DNA from: Phoronis australis
Taxonomy: Eukaryota; Animalia; Phoronida
Length of the DNA stretch: 64,000 nucleotides
Assembly (NCBI GenBank): GCA_002633005.1
Contig: NMRA01000085.1
Location: 351,464 to 415,463 of the forward strand
Direction of reading: 5' to 3'
The notes under the pieces are model-generated. The model was not told where the DNA came from. It saw only the letters and a list, made by a program, of their open reading frames with translations, and made no database searches. Shown one piece after another: positions 48,053-63,000 of the stretch (its first letter is position 1; every line of letters begins with the position of its first letter). Made by a program: the position numbers and the translations under genes.

Positions 48053-51000
48053 CTGCAAAGAAACGAGAACATCATTTAGTAAGAATATTCATGACATGAT
48101 GCAGAGTGCATTTGTGTACGTATATCTGTCACAGTACTGGCAGGCCAATAAATGTACAACATGACCGTGAAAAAATACTACATCAGGGCTGGGTTGCATA
48201 AAACGTCAAAGTTATCCGCTGGATAAGTTGGATTATTGCATGATAACAGGAGCATTGTTCAACTACAATAACAACTTGGCAAGTGATAATACGACGTTGA
48301 TATACACCTGCAATTGGGCCCACGTGAACAGGATGCGCTAATTATGACAGCTTTCTTTTGATTAATCAAGCACTTTTGGACTGTTAACTACCAGCATCTA
48401 TTTCAATATAGCGTAAACACCAAATGTTGCCTCAAGACACCTGAGAATAGTGTGCAATACTATGTAAACATGAAAACTGAACGATGGCAGAATGAAAAAC
48501 TATACTGGCAGGGATTTCTGAGAAAGAGACCCTCTTTCGGAAACAAGCTTCTCACGTGTGGCAAAAGAGGGCAATGCTTTCCTAATTTTTTACCTTAATA
48601 GTACATATAACATATCTCAAGTTCATCATATGTTAACAAAAGCGCCGCCGTACTTGTGTTGTTTTAGCTAAGCAATTAAGTGAAAACTTCCTCGTAAAAC
48701 GTATCACCGGTATCTTAAAAAGCCCAATTCGAATATTCCTAACCCATACAGAAACATATTCCCCAATCGGTGTTCGCACCTTCATCTCACCCTGTTTTAC
48801 ACAATTAACACATGACCCCAAAAGAGCAATTACACATAACAATTCAGCAAATGTGCGAAAATACTAATCTAATGCAATGTGCCAGATGTTTTGATCGAGG
48901 ATAGAGATATCACAAAGAGGTATGCAGAAACTATGTAGGTCAGTTTTCAATTTGACGTGAAACGGGCATACAATGCAGATGTTTCGAGGAATTCAGATTT
49001 CATTCATAGCCATACCATAATACAAACTTTGCTAACATCAATAAATAACCGATACAGCAGCCAATGGAGGTAAAAGCAATACCTTTCAAAAATGAATAAG
49101 TCTTTAAAAAAAGTACTCGGAAATTTAGTGAAATATGCGTGCCTAAGATTTCTGAAGTCATGCCCAAGAAAGTTCAGGGAGTAAACGTGACCCGCCCAGT
49201 GCTGTAAATAGCAGAAAGTTGAAGCGCTACAAGTCTTTTTATTTTATGCAGAACTAATCACTGAGTATGACAACAGTCATCAGTCATGTGATTTGTTCTT
49301 GCATAATTTCCATGTACAGGTATCAACATGGTATCCAACGCAACCGCAGCCAGGTGGCATTGGCGCAGCAAGTCAGGGAAGTTTTCTGACGGGATGTTTT
49401 TTAATCTATGCAAGCTGTAAAATCTAAACTGCCAACAAAAGAAAAAGTTAATGCTTAAAATTCATCCGATTTTGCATCTTTTATGACTTTGATGGTGTTA
49501 CAATGTATGTCAGTCCTAGAACTTAGGTACAGTACTTTCACTATGCATTTCTCTTTTCATAAGTGGCAAACCAAGTTTAATATTTGAATACTTGTTTCCG
49601 TCAGAGAGTGCTTATCCAAAGTACATGTAGGCAATAGACGTCTTGCAGCAAATTCTTTGAAGTTTGGTCTGCAGTGACTGTATGGAGGCATTCAAGCATC
49701 CATGTTCAGGGAAGCACACACCCCAAGTTCTTGACATTCCTAATTTAAGATCCCATCCCCGCCAATTTAAGCGCACTGTTAAAACTCGTTACAGCAAACC
49801 TGGGACCTATTGAAGACATTTGTAGATTTGTAGTAACTGGGGTGCGCTATAACTGAATCAGCTTTTTAGAGAAAGTAAATGCTGTACAACCATTTAAACG
49901 CCATTTTTTCATATGTAAGGCTAACTTGACGCGTGCCCCATTGCGTACAGCAAATCACGTGTTTGTACAGAACGCATTGTGCACAAATATGAAGTCGCGG
50001 AGTTTGCATGTGATAAATTTTTAGACTCAAATGCACTGGTTCGCTATGGAATTGGTGAAGTCATTCATTAGGACATGAAAATTGGAACACCATATCTGAG
50101 TGTAGGAACATTGTATCCATGTTTGTTAAACACGAAGAGTAGAAAAGGTATTTATTATTAGAGAAAATTGGAACCTCTGCAGTTAAACGATATAAGTGAG
50201 AGTGTTATAAAAAGGGTTTGTAGTAACGCAACTTGACTGCATGTACCAGACAATGAAATCAGTGGAGGATCCAGAGTTGGGGGGGGGGCAGGGCACAGGA
50301 ATAACCAGAATTTCGGCACATACGCACACCCAGCCTAAAATGTAGGGATGCAGGGGTCTCGAATTTTTGGTTTGCGGACCTTATTATTAAAAAAAAACAG
50401 TAAATGGGTTTGTTCAAGGCCTATGCATTGTGCATTCAATCCCGAGCCCCCTTGGGTGCGCGCATATACTAGTCAGTAATTCGCACCCCGAATTGCCAAA
50501 TGGTATCTGGAAGAATTTGGGGGAGACATGGCCCCCCATTGAATCCGCCACAGGAAATTGTCCTTTTCTAGATCTAGTAAAACTTTTACAGTCTTACCAA
50601 GTCTGAGTAGTTTTTAGAACACCCAATACATTAAGTAAACATTTCTTCAAAAATATTGAAGACAATACTTCCCCACAATAAAAATTTGCTTTCATTAAAT
50701 TTTTGAGCTGTTCCAAAAATACATGCCGCCCTTTGGTAGAATATAACTACATCTTTAAAGGAATCATGACACAGTCATAAATTCCTACAGCCTCACGTGA
50801 AAAACATCAGTTGGCTTTTGACTGGCAGAGAGAAGTTAGTCTTTCTCAACTTAAGGTTGTTTAATACTACAAAATCGTGACAACAGGATTTCAGTTTTAA
50901 GGTAGTTAGACACTGATTAGTGTACAAATAGCAGTTAGCTAAAAAATTATGCAAACCACATACTGTCATGTTCCTTCAATGCATTCTCTGCAGCGTTCAT

Positions 51001-54000
51001 TTCTGCTGTTTGTATATTACTGCCAAATCCTTTGGATAAACGCTTGTTTCTGAAGTACACAGCTACTGTGTAGACACGGGTGTTTGTGGGTCCTGCCTGG
51101 TTCACCACTCTGTAACATATAACACAAGCATATTACACTGTGTAAGGATAGAACGGAACCACATCAGTCTACTTTCAAAACTTCCTTTCACAGGCTCCTG
51201 AAAGCCATATTTCAAATTGAATTAACATACTTTTTAGGACAAAACTTTAGTAACGTTTTTCGATTGAGCAAAACATTATAACTACGAAGTTGTGAAGCTT
51301 GCATCAAAACGCCACTAGCAAAGGACAATTTTATGGAGCAAATACACCATACATACAGAAGACGAATAAAAATGCACTTGAAGCAATTCATGGAGTCTTG
51401 AAAAATGGTAGGATGAAGGAAGCAGTGAAAGGGGCCTGTGACAAATACTGAGGAAGGAGGTGTACGTACTTGTAAATAGGCATGTCGGGCGTTTCCTCGT
51501 CCACACGACGCAGGGACAGACAGCACTGCTGTAACAGGGACTTGGGGTCGTTCCACTCTTGGGTTAAGATGAAGTACTGGAAAACATGTGAAATGGGTTG
51601 TATAATTTTAAAAATAAATCGACTGGTACAGCACTTATGCTGCCATCCGATTTTGCACACACTCTGAAGCCTCGGAATACTGGCACTTAGTGACCATGAA
51701 GATATTCTCAACTGACCAGCTAGAATAACTGATCTTCTACAATTATCTCACAATGAAATATCGTTTATAAATCAAAAGAAGTCCCAAGACTGAGTCTCAA
51801 AACGTGGCTTGAGAAACATTTAAGTGTGAACATCAGCACCCTCTAGTAGACTAATTAGACAGTTGATCAACAATATTTTCTTAACTTGTGTTCAGATTAC
51901 AAGAAGACAAATACAACTCATGATTAGTAGGCAAATCTGATGCTTAAAACATTCATTGCACCTGCCACCTTAGCAGTAACTTGCCAATTGTGGTAACGTT
52001 GTATTCATGCTAAAGTCTTATGATCACTGTGGGTGGTAAAATCTTAGCACAAATCCCATCACTGCGAACGGAAACTTCTTCAAGAAAGAAACCTGAACTC
52101 TCTGATTTGGGGTCGGACCAGGAAGAAAAATTAGACATCTGATCAGACATCTGGTGGCGTTTGAATGCACTATAAGGGACAATCTTCACTGCAAAGGGCA
52201 ACAGCAAATTAGTGGAAATACATCCTGTAAAATTTCTGGGATTCTGAAATGCGTGGAAACGCTACCATTGTTAATTGTGAATTGCACATGTTGCACTCTT
52301 TATCTCTTTCCAAAATTTGTGACCAAACAACTTTTAAAATTAAACAAAAAGTGTAATTATACCTTTAACCGGGGAAAGAAGACCGCGTTGCAAAAAGCTT
52401 CACAGTGACTCATCCCTTTATCAACGTAAAGCGCTCCTATAAACGCTGGAATAGAAATAACGATTAACAATTAGAAACTGACATGCAATTGCGTCTGTTA
52501 TGCGAGTAGTTCAAGGAATAATTAAAAAATATTAAATTATATATTACCACGCAATATAATTACATTTTAAATCATTTATTAGGCAGTACGCGCACTTCAT
52601 TGAAAGATGCAGGGCTTGGAATGATCACTGACAAAAATAAATAGGCTTGTGTGATAGTATTTTTTGTACTGTAAAAGTCAAAATAATGACAAAAAAGAGA
52701 CGAAAAAAGAGAACACTGGAAATCAAATAAAAGGGAAATTGAAAGCAAAAAAGAGGAAAATTAATCCTCTTAAAAGAGAAAACATCCAAGCCCTACAGAT
52801 GAGGATGAGTCAACAGTTCCCATTCTACTGAGAGTTGATAATGTCAAACCAGTTGTAAGCTACCACACTTTGTACACATATGTTTGCCTACAGAAAGCCT
52901 ATTTAATAATTGAGGTGTATTGCAATAAATACAACCAGGAAGTCTGAGAATACAAACATTCCAGAAGGTCAGCTTTGGCCTTTGTGGTGAAAACTCCTGC
53001 CTGGGCATGCTCAGGAGCGCTGCTGCGAATGGTGTACTCGCGCAATGTGAGGTCATCGCAGGCTGCAGCTTGTGTGTTCTTGTTGACCAGGACACTTCGT
53101 AGTAACTGAAATGAAGCAGCGAATTATATGGCAAAATCTCACCAACTTTGTACAAAAATAATTGACAACCTCGGTAGTTAAAAGTCTTCTGACATTGTTT
53201 TAAATGCCTAGAATTTCTCAGAATCATTAAAAACAGTATTTATTTGGTGCTACATATCTTCTATAAAAAAATGAAAAATAAAATTTCACTAGTCAACCAT
53301 GTTGTGTCCTAAACTTACAAGATATTACCATACTTGATGCTGATGTAGGCTTATGATCTCCAATATAAGGCATTAATTGACATGTTTTTGTAACAGGAGT
53401 AAACTCGATACCTTCAAGGAGGCTAGACTACTATGTTCATAATCCTACAAAGCATTTAAAGACTGAGGAACTTGCACGCTAATTCCTTATCTCTGTGATT
53501 GCTTGGTCAAATTAGGTAGAAACACAACGTATAGCGACGACGTGTACACGACATACGCTGAAAATTGCTAAATGTTTTTAAGAATGAGTTTCCTGTCGAA
53601 CGTGATCCGTAGATCACTCAGCCTTGTCCAGTAAGGACCGTGATGTAGTGTTGGGGAATAACACCGCATCATGTGGGCTATGTGAGCCCCCAAGGTACGT
53701 CATAAATGCAAAGGTCACCTATTTGTAGTTTTTGTTTTGTTTTGACCTTTACAAGTTGTCAATGAATACAACCGCACTTTGTTTAGCATAGATGATGTTC
53801 AAATAGCATTGTTGTTTAGTTCCTGCTATGCAGCATAGTTAGGAGTATGCAAATGCGTCTTTAAAATTCACTTAACAGTCAGAGAGCAAGTTTGAAATAA
53901 GATGTTGCTCAAGCCAGCTGTTAGTCCTATGGGCCAAACAGGGTCTAGTCAACAGTAAGTAAAATCAAAAGGTAATGGCATAATACTGCAAGTCAAGACT

Positions 54001-57000
54001 CACACATCGAAACTGAATATTGAGTCACATTGACACTCGCACTGACACTCACCGATAAATGTCCCTCGTGGTGATTAGGAAAATGACGAAACAGATAATC
54101 CGACGTGATCAGTTTGAGCACAGAATCACCAAGGAACTCCATTGTCTCATTATGGCCCCTGAAATATGCGCCACTCATGAAGTGATTACTGAATAATCAG
54201 ACAGACAGCATGTAAAATCCCTGCCTAACTAAAATTGTTTTTAGAATTAGAATGATTAGTCTGACTTTGAGCTGTTCACAAGTACTTTTATTACAAGTAA
54301 TTTTATTAATTAGAATTGTGTTAATAGATCACATTCTCTGAACTCCCAAACAATGAATAGTTTGCAAGAAGCACTAAAATTTAGCTTTCTTTCCTACCCA
54401 CAATACTTCTTCAAAATTGGTGACCTGCAGGTCGCCAATACTACCTGACTTTGACTGGCGACTTAGTAAAAAGGTTACCATGAAGTTGCCACACACACAT
54501 CCGAGCATGAACTCAAAATACTACAGGAAGTAACTAGACAAAACTGGGAATCATTCGACAAAAATCAGAAGGGAGCGATTATGAGTCATACATGTACGCA
54601 GTTAACATATGATGAGATGGTCCACTTTCACCACGGGCAGGATATTGGGCCAGTGAAGGATATTGGGCCCGTGAAGGATATTGGGCCCGTGAAGGATATT
54701 GGGCCCGTGAAGGATATTGGGCCCGTGAAGGAAATTGGTCCTTAACAGGTACACACGACACTAGTTCCTAGTTTTTCCATTTGACTAAACAAGGCATATG
54801 GGCAATCTGGGGTGTGCCAGTAGACATTTGGTGGTAAGGTGTGCCAGTAGACAGTGGGTGAGCTCAGCAGTTCAGTTATCACATTTACTTTATTTTTGGC
54901 CAATATTGCCAACTATGTATCGTTTGCAGGGTCACGACTTTCACAAACCCTCATAACGGGTGTCCTTGTTATGCCAACCTCATAATTTTATCCCGTTTTG
55001 CATCCAAGGAATTTTACCAGGTCGCATTGTAGAGTTGACGTCATGTTAAGCATCAAGCCCTGACAAACACAATTCTTGCTCCATATTCACTAGTTGTCTG
55101 GGATGAATTCAATTGCTTCTATTATGTGGCAACTCTTTATCGACCATTTTCCAAATTTTCGATTTTGGCGTAGTTTTGAGCATCACTTTATCTTTGAAAA
55201 ATTTGTCTATGCACATGAGACTTCGCACATTTTCTATCACCTATGGCCAAAGGAAATGTGTGTAAGATGATTGATTTTTCATTCGAACAACGGAAACACC
55301 TGCTCTCAACAATGAAGACTGGGACTTTGACGGCTTATATATGTCGCTTAAGGGTAAATAAAAAATCTCAGACACAATTCTCTGCGCATTGATTGTAAGA
55401 ATCTATAGACAACATATAAACACAAAGCCATAAGCACTCTCTAAAAATATGGTTCTAAGTCAAGTGCTTATAAAGGATTATGCTTGGATTAAGATTATCT
55501 AGGCTTAGGAAATATCAACTTGAAAGGTTTAAAATGAACAGTTAAATGCTATTTGGTAAAACATGAAAAAATTTCAAAATTGTTTACAATGACGTACACC
55601 TACATTGCAGTGCTGTTGAGCAGAACTTTAAAACTGATCCAAGCATATTTTTCCATCGACAAAAGTAAAGGACAAGGTGAGTTTGTGACGTAAACTGGAT
55701 AAGTCACAAACAAGAAGACAATTACTGGGTAAAAAAGGAAATGTAGCCGGCAATTACATGTGCTGCAAGATGTGGTCGATATTTATGTCACGATAACATA
55801 GTATAACATGGCATAACAAAGCCATTAATTAGACAGTATTAATTGCATACATGTAAGAAGTTGATTGCATGGTATGATCATTCATTAATTATCCGCCATC
55901 AGTAATTACTTCTTGTCACTTCAAGGTATAATTATTTGATGGCATACATTAATCTTAATGATTGTGAACATACATTTTGGCAAAATTTGTTGGCCACGTA
56001 GACGTTTACCCAAAATGTAAAACCGACTGCAACAACCTATTCATCAACTCATTTCTTAATTACAGGACCGATTGAATTATAGAATATGCAACCTTCATGA
56101 AAAACAAAAGTATGAAAAACGCACTGCTACAGTTAGAGAAATGTCCAAGTATGGTTAATTTAGGAACATCAAATCTCAGAAATGGCTGGTTGGATTCATG
56201 TGAAACTTTCAGATTCTATCGTTTTTGTAAAATGTTTTTCAGTGGGGACAATCAAAAATAAACTTCTTATAATATGATTTTCATAAAAAATCAGAAGTTC
56301 TACAAAAATGAAATGATAACTTAAAAAACAGTATGCGTTACAGTGATTTTGAGATTTCATCTGAATGTTATCTCAAAGAAAATTTGACCTTGTTATTGAT
56401 ACCATTGTTTTGCTCTGAATGTACAGTTCTTTAGTCAGAATTTATTAAAAACAACATGGTCATGTGACCCAAAGATTGGTAGATTGGCAAAAAGTTCAAA
56501 ATTAAATTCTAAATGCTTTCTACTTTGCTGATGTCAAGGCCACTAAATTGCACTGGCTTCTGGAGATGCCCTACCTGCACTGGAGTGAAATACAACCAGA
56601 ATTATAAGACATTTAACCTTCCTGCAAGAGGTATCGATCGTGGCAACAGCATTTTAGTCAAATCTTAAAACTTCATCTCTCTGACCTTGAAAATAAAATC
56701 AGGGTCACCACAATTTAACAGACACATCAGTTAATATGCCCCACCAGTGTTCTCTGCAAATTGTTTTGACTCGTCACTGCCTCGAGTTTGAGTTTTGTGG
56801 CAATGAGTTTGACTTACTGCGTCGAGTTTGAAAACCTATGCGTCAAGTTTGAACTCTTGACAGATTAGTCTTTTCTTAAGCAAACTACGGCATTTTGGAT
56901 TGTTGGAATCAGTTCATTGCGTTTATTCCAATAAAAAGACAAACTCTCCACATACATGAATTTCGTTACGCCAGCCGAGTTTCTGTTGTTGAGAATACTG

Positions 57001-60000
57001 CCACCTCATTGGTCCAAGTAATAACAACGTCGGCTCGGTGAAATTACGACGTAATATCGCCGATCAATGAAATTTTAATTCATACAGCACCTGCACCACC
57101 AAAGCAAATGCTTTACCAAGTTCAAGTTTTGCACCACAGCTAATAACAGAACCATTCACAGCATAAGTCCTTGAAAAATGAAACAAGAGCGACACGGAGC
57201 ATTGAAATGCGCCCACGAATGCACTGCAAACCGTGTGCTTCTAGGGTGCTTATTTGTACCATAAAAATGGACACTAGATAGTGCAAAACATTTCAAACTC
57301 CATCAAAAAACCTGGAAAATGTCACCGTTTTTAAACAGAAAGCTATTTATCACATGTCACGAAAATCTGTCAAGAAACTTTCACAAAAAGGAAAAAAAAT
57401 GAAATTGCCACTAGGGGACACAAGTTCATCGGATCTGTCTAAAAGTTGTTGTCTTCCGTTGTCAACGTCATATAAATACACTGTCTTGCTAAATTTAATA
57501 AGCATTCTGCAGAGGGCTTGGGAGATACAGTTAAGGGTGCAAAAAACTGCCACTAGGAGGCACCACAGTAATAGAAGCCTGAAAATCATTGTCAAACGTC
57601 CTCTTCACACTAACAATATGTAAGCAAATTTTCACAATCATCCTAAGAGTGGTTTGGTTGACAGAAGGCAGATGGCAAAAACAGGCTTTGAAGATACAGA
57701 AGTAAAGTTAACGTAAAAAACTAAAATTGCCACTAGGGGGGCACAGCAGTATTCGGGTCGGTCCGAAACTCTTCGCCCTATGTCGTCAACCCCATAGGAA
57801 CACACCTGCCAAATTTCAATAAGATCCTGCAAGGGATTTAGGAGATATAGCCGCGGACACCCAGACAGAGATGACGGCAATATGCACCTACATATAAACA
57901 TTTGGGTGCATAAAAAGGTACTTTTTGGTAATTTATATTGTCTAAAATTGGTGACAGAGATTTTAACCTACATATTGAGACATCAAGGGATTAACATTCA
58001 GTGCGACGCACATACGCAGTGCACAGATCACGGTTGTCAATACTATGTACCCTCGTTGATCCTAACCTAAATGTTTACCATTTTTGCAGATTACGGTGTG
58101 TCTATTTCCGGGAAAGTGGCCATTTGAAAACTTTTGCNACAATCATCCTAAGAGTGGTTTGGTTGACAGAAGGCAGATGGCAAAAACAGGCTTTGAAGAT
58201 ACAGAAGTAAAGTTAACGTAAAAAACTAAAATTGCCACTAGGGGGGCACAGCAGTATTCGGGTCGGTCCGAAACTCTTCGCCCTATGTCGTCAACCCCAT
58301 AGGAACACACCTGCCAAATTTCAATAAGATCCTGCAAGGGATTTAGGAGATATAGCCGCGGACACCCAGACAGAGATGACGGCAATATGCACCTACATAT
58401 AAACATGTGGGTGCATAAAAAGGTACTTTTTGGTAATTTATATTGTCTAAAATTGGTGACAGAGATTTTAACCTACATATTGAGACATCAAGGGATTAAC
58501 ATTCAGTGCGATGCACATACGCAGTGCACAGATCATGGTTGTCAATACTATGTACCCTCGTTGATCCTAACCTAAATGTTTACCATTTTTGCAGATTACG
58601 GTGTGTCTATTTCTGGGAAAGTGGCCATTTGAAAACTTTTGCATTCAAATAATTGCCGACAGGAGAATCTACAACATCTGATCAAGATATTTTTACTGTG
58701 AACAGAATAAAAGATCACTCACAAGGTCAAGTTTGTGAAGCCGATGTGTTTTGGCGTGAACGCTCTCGCTAGCAGTCTGATGTGCGTGAACGTGATCCCC
58801 GTATCGTGTTCAAACTGCTCCAGCTTTTGCAGTAGAGGGCTTGCTTTGATCCAGTGTCGGTCCCCGTCTGGCTCGCTGACCTGTAGGGGGTGCCCCGGCA
58901 GGTCCATCCAGATCTGACGCAAGTGCTCGTCCTCAAACAATGTCCGCACAAAAATCCTGTCGGCAACTTCGTAACCACCGTCAATAAAGAGAGCCCCTGA
59001 ACATTGATACAAAGTGGAATGTTGTTTTTAATGGACACCCTTCTGTTGCATCAGATTCTAAAGCCAAATATCATCTCAGGCCTGTTTCTCAAACACACTG
59101 TCTTTTAGAAACAGCCAAACTATGGATTTTTGTCTTTTGACTTTGAGGTGTACACACATTTTCTGACTTGCAGCCTTAGCTTGATTTGCATGAAATTTGC
59201 TGCGCCACCTGTTGACTGATTGTTAGCCAAAAGTGAAAACTTAAGATAAAATTTAAATAAAAGCCAACTAACACTCTTTGAGACACAGACCTGTGGCATC
59301 ACGCAGCAGTAACTCCACCTAGGGTTCAGGTATGGAATCACTACATGACTTCTGGCACAAAAATAATATGGAACAAGTTGTCCAGTCTTAATTTAGACTT
59401 TTAAAAGTAATAAGTAACATATTGCCAATTCATGAAAATCACAAATTACTATCAACCTTTAGTAAAGAACACAGCAGAGTGAACTTTGACAGCACCACCA
59501 AGTGGTGAAAATACAGTAAGCAGTGTTTTGGGTTTGACAGACACAGGTGGAGGAATGATTTGTATGAGGTGCTTAAGGTTAAGAAGTACCTTATTTACAA
59601 GATTGGGTACTTAGTCAAAAACCTACAAAGTTACAGATTATAACCGATCGACTGAAGTATACATTTTCTGAAAGTAGAAAAATTAAGCTAACTTGTAGAA
59701 TTGATTTTTGACTTTTTACCAGACTGTCATTAATTAGGTCACGTGACCGTGTCTTTCATCAAAATTTAGCAAAAAGAAAAAGGCGTTCACTGATACCAAA
59801 ACGAAAGTATCAATAACATGATCAAATTGCTAAACATTCATCATGAGACCTCAAAAATGCTGTCACAGTTTTCAAAATTATCCCTACAGGTGTTTTTTCC
59901 AAATTTTAATAAATGTTTTTTCGTGACAATCATACATCCTATATTTAACAACCCCTCTTGCAAATGTGGAACATTTCAAAAGCAGCTCCTCATCACAAGA

Positions 60001-63000
60001 TTTCTGTAATAGTTGTTTTCTATGACTCTCATCAGTCAAAATTTACCCCTTGTAATAAGAAACATTAAAATCTTTACAACTCATTAGTATTATGAAAGCA
60101 CAAAAGCTAATTTCCAACCTTGGTGTGGAAGATGGACTGTCAGAGTTAACAGGGATGAGATGCAATTTATTTCTTTGGCAGACATTTTGAGATGGCGTAT
60201 TTTTGTGTGAATCAATTGTTTGAGAATCACAACGCACAAGAACGGCACATTTGATGACATGATGTATACAAAGACTGGAAACTATCAAACTTCTGTCTAT
60301 ACAATATTGCACAATGTTGTACACCACCTACACTAACACCATCTAGTGACCATTTTGTCCCTATATCAGAAAATGCCACTCACAACATAGTGCCTCCCGA
60401 ACTTCAGGATGTTACAGAAGAGCCGGACTTGACCTAGCACATACTGTTACCACTGACATGTAACTTGCCTTGGAAAGTTTCATTAATTTGTGACCAATAT
60501 CTTTTTACCCATAATTCAATTGACAGCGAAACTGCAACATGTCACCTACCCATGATGGCTTCAAAGCAGTTTGCGATGGCGTGTTTGAGGTCAGCTTCAT
60601 GACACAGGTCAGGGCCATGTATGTACAGCATATAGCGGTCTATGTGCAGGTTCTGTTACAAAACAAAATAAATGGCCAAAGGTCACGAATTAGATCTGAG
60701 AACTTTAGGGAATGCATGCTTCCATATTTATTTTGCTTTAACAATCACTGACAACAGAATCTCTGGATACCCTGTCATCCTAAAAGGCACATCACTTTAA
60801 TGTTTCATCATTTTGGTAAATTTACAATTTTCTGGTTACCCTAGATACATGTTCAATTCCCCAGATTCCTATTACTTATGCATGCATGACTCTTTAAGGC
60901 GTGTTAACTTTGTGGCCCGAATCATTTCCTGTCTGCTATATTTGTGCAATGATTCATAAATTTGTACTTTATTAAAAAATTGTGGCTGTTATTTGCCTTC
61001 GAGGACTGTTCACAGACAATACTAGTCCGAAGTAGAACTCAGTCAAGTAGCCATTGTTTGATTTACAGTGGACAAGAAAGGCCGGAACCAGCGGTCTGAG
61101 GAATCATGACTGATCTTTGGAAGATGTTTTATCATAATCCTTATCCATTGTTGCAAACAACAGGACAAGATCAAATGATACAAAAATATGAAAACCAATT
61201 CAAAACGAGAACGCACGCAAAGTTAGAAAGAGAAAAATACAAACCCTTCCCAATACAGCCAGGTGTTGGTTCTGTACAAGGGCTGACCTGTATGCTGTAA
61301 GGACACCTTCGTCAGAGTCAGGAAACATGAAGTACAGGTGTGTACTGTAACCAGAGAGGAACAGTCCAGTATTACACAATTGAAGCCTTCGATACTTCAT
61401 TTCTTCTCTAACTGACTAAAATGCAGCGCGATAACTTCCATTTTGAGGTGACGTTGACCAGATAGGTCTCAGGTGCTCAAGACAAAGCGAAATCTTTCGG
61501 TTTAAGCATTGGATTACACGCTCCAAACAAATTGTGTGATGTACTATACTTTAGTGAATTTAGGTTAAAATATTGCAAAAACATTCTTGTTCACTTCACA
61601 TAATTGTTTTCAATTTCATGGACTACTCGTAAAGTTCTTATTTCCTCTGTTTTGTTCACAACACGTGCAGTTGTCGTGAAGTTATGCTTTGAAATGATTA
61701 GACCTATCATGTGCACCGCAAATCAGTGCCACGCATTGAGCATGTTTGCCATCATCATCAAACCAGGCAGCCATGACATACATTTGGTGATGTAGAAAAC
61801 GATAACAGAATTTCTGTGTCGGTCCTTGACTTTTTGTCACAGAACTTGGATAGTTTTCAACAAACTGGTCATCTCTCTACTTAAGTATACAGAGGACTGT
61901 ATCAAGATGAGGATGACAAATAATGTTTTGACCTGTAGGATGAATTGCTCAGAAGGCTGGGTTGACCTGCGTCTAATGAGTAGGATAAATTGGTCAGAAG
62001 GCTGGGCTGACCTCCGTCTATTAAAAAAAAAACATCGTGGTCTAAATTGGAAATCATGAGCGGAGAAGTATACTACGACAAGCCAGGCCAATAAACAATG
62101 GGCAAACTTGGCTGGAAATATCGATTGAGATGTGCACGCCCTTGTCTGTGTCCGGGAGAATGACAAACAGTCTGTACACAGCGGCAGGGAAGGATTGTCT
62201 TAAAGGCTTGACCTGCAAGCAGGCACTTAGGACAACCTTGTCTGTGAGGTCAAATGTGAGAAGAATACAGCAGCAGAAGGAGATTTAATGTTCATCTTAA
62301 TGTCAAACACAGTGATTGTAAGACTTCAAAACTTGAAATAAATCTAAAAGGGTGACGTGTATCTTTGAATTGAACTCCATACGGTCCATGATCTATAAAG
62401 TTTATAATTAGAAGGCAGGGTTAATTTGAAGGTTGGAAAATCTGAAACAAAATGTTTCCACCTCAAAACATTGACCACAATCATGGTTTTCAAAGATCGT
62501 TTAATAGAGAACTGGTCTGCTAAAAGTAAGGATACCCAAGGAAAAAACTGGGCAATAAACCCAAACCTAAAACATCCCACAATCCCGTTAAAACAACGCA
62601 CAGTACTGACCAGTACCAGCACTGGATCTTGCCATTAAAGCTCAAGAACAATGCAGAGTTGGGATGTTACGCTGCTAGTACTATCAACTCACGTGGTTAG
62701 AAGTTCTACGACAGCATCTCCCAAGAACTCGAGTCTCTCATTGTGGTTAATGTCGGACATTTTCTCCTCTTTGTATCCCATCTGTGACATGATTCTCAGC
62801 AAAGCGATAATGCCTGTAAGAAAATGAATAAACAACTAAGATAAAATATTGATTCCCATTTCTGCTAAATGAGAAATTTCAGGCGTTTTAGCAGCACCAC
62901 ATAACCGCCCGGGCGTTTATTAGGAAAGGGGGGCATGTAAACGGAAAGTCAGTTTTGCTGACTTTTACATTTTTTAACTTAAAACTGCATTTTTTAATTT

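Noticed and set aside
54640-54738. CRISPR-like array
   Set aside because: Head-to-tail repeats with no unique spacers, in a eukaryotic intron; no cas genes.
53993-62813. Bacterial RNase III or Dicer
   Set aside because: Spliceosomal introns and Drosha-specific motifs (GMNPDH, HGPDLC, WNDPKS, QQCCL) identify Drosha.
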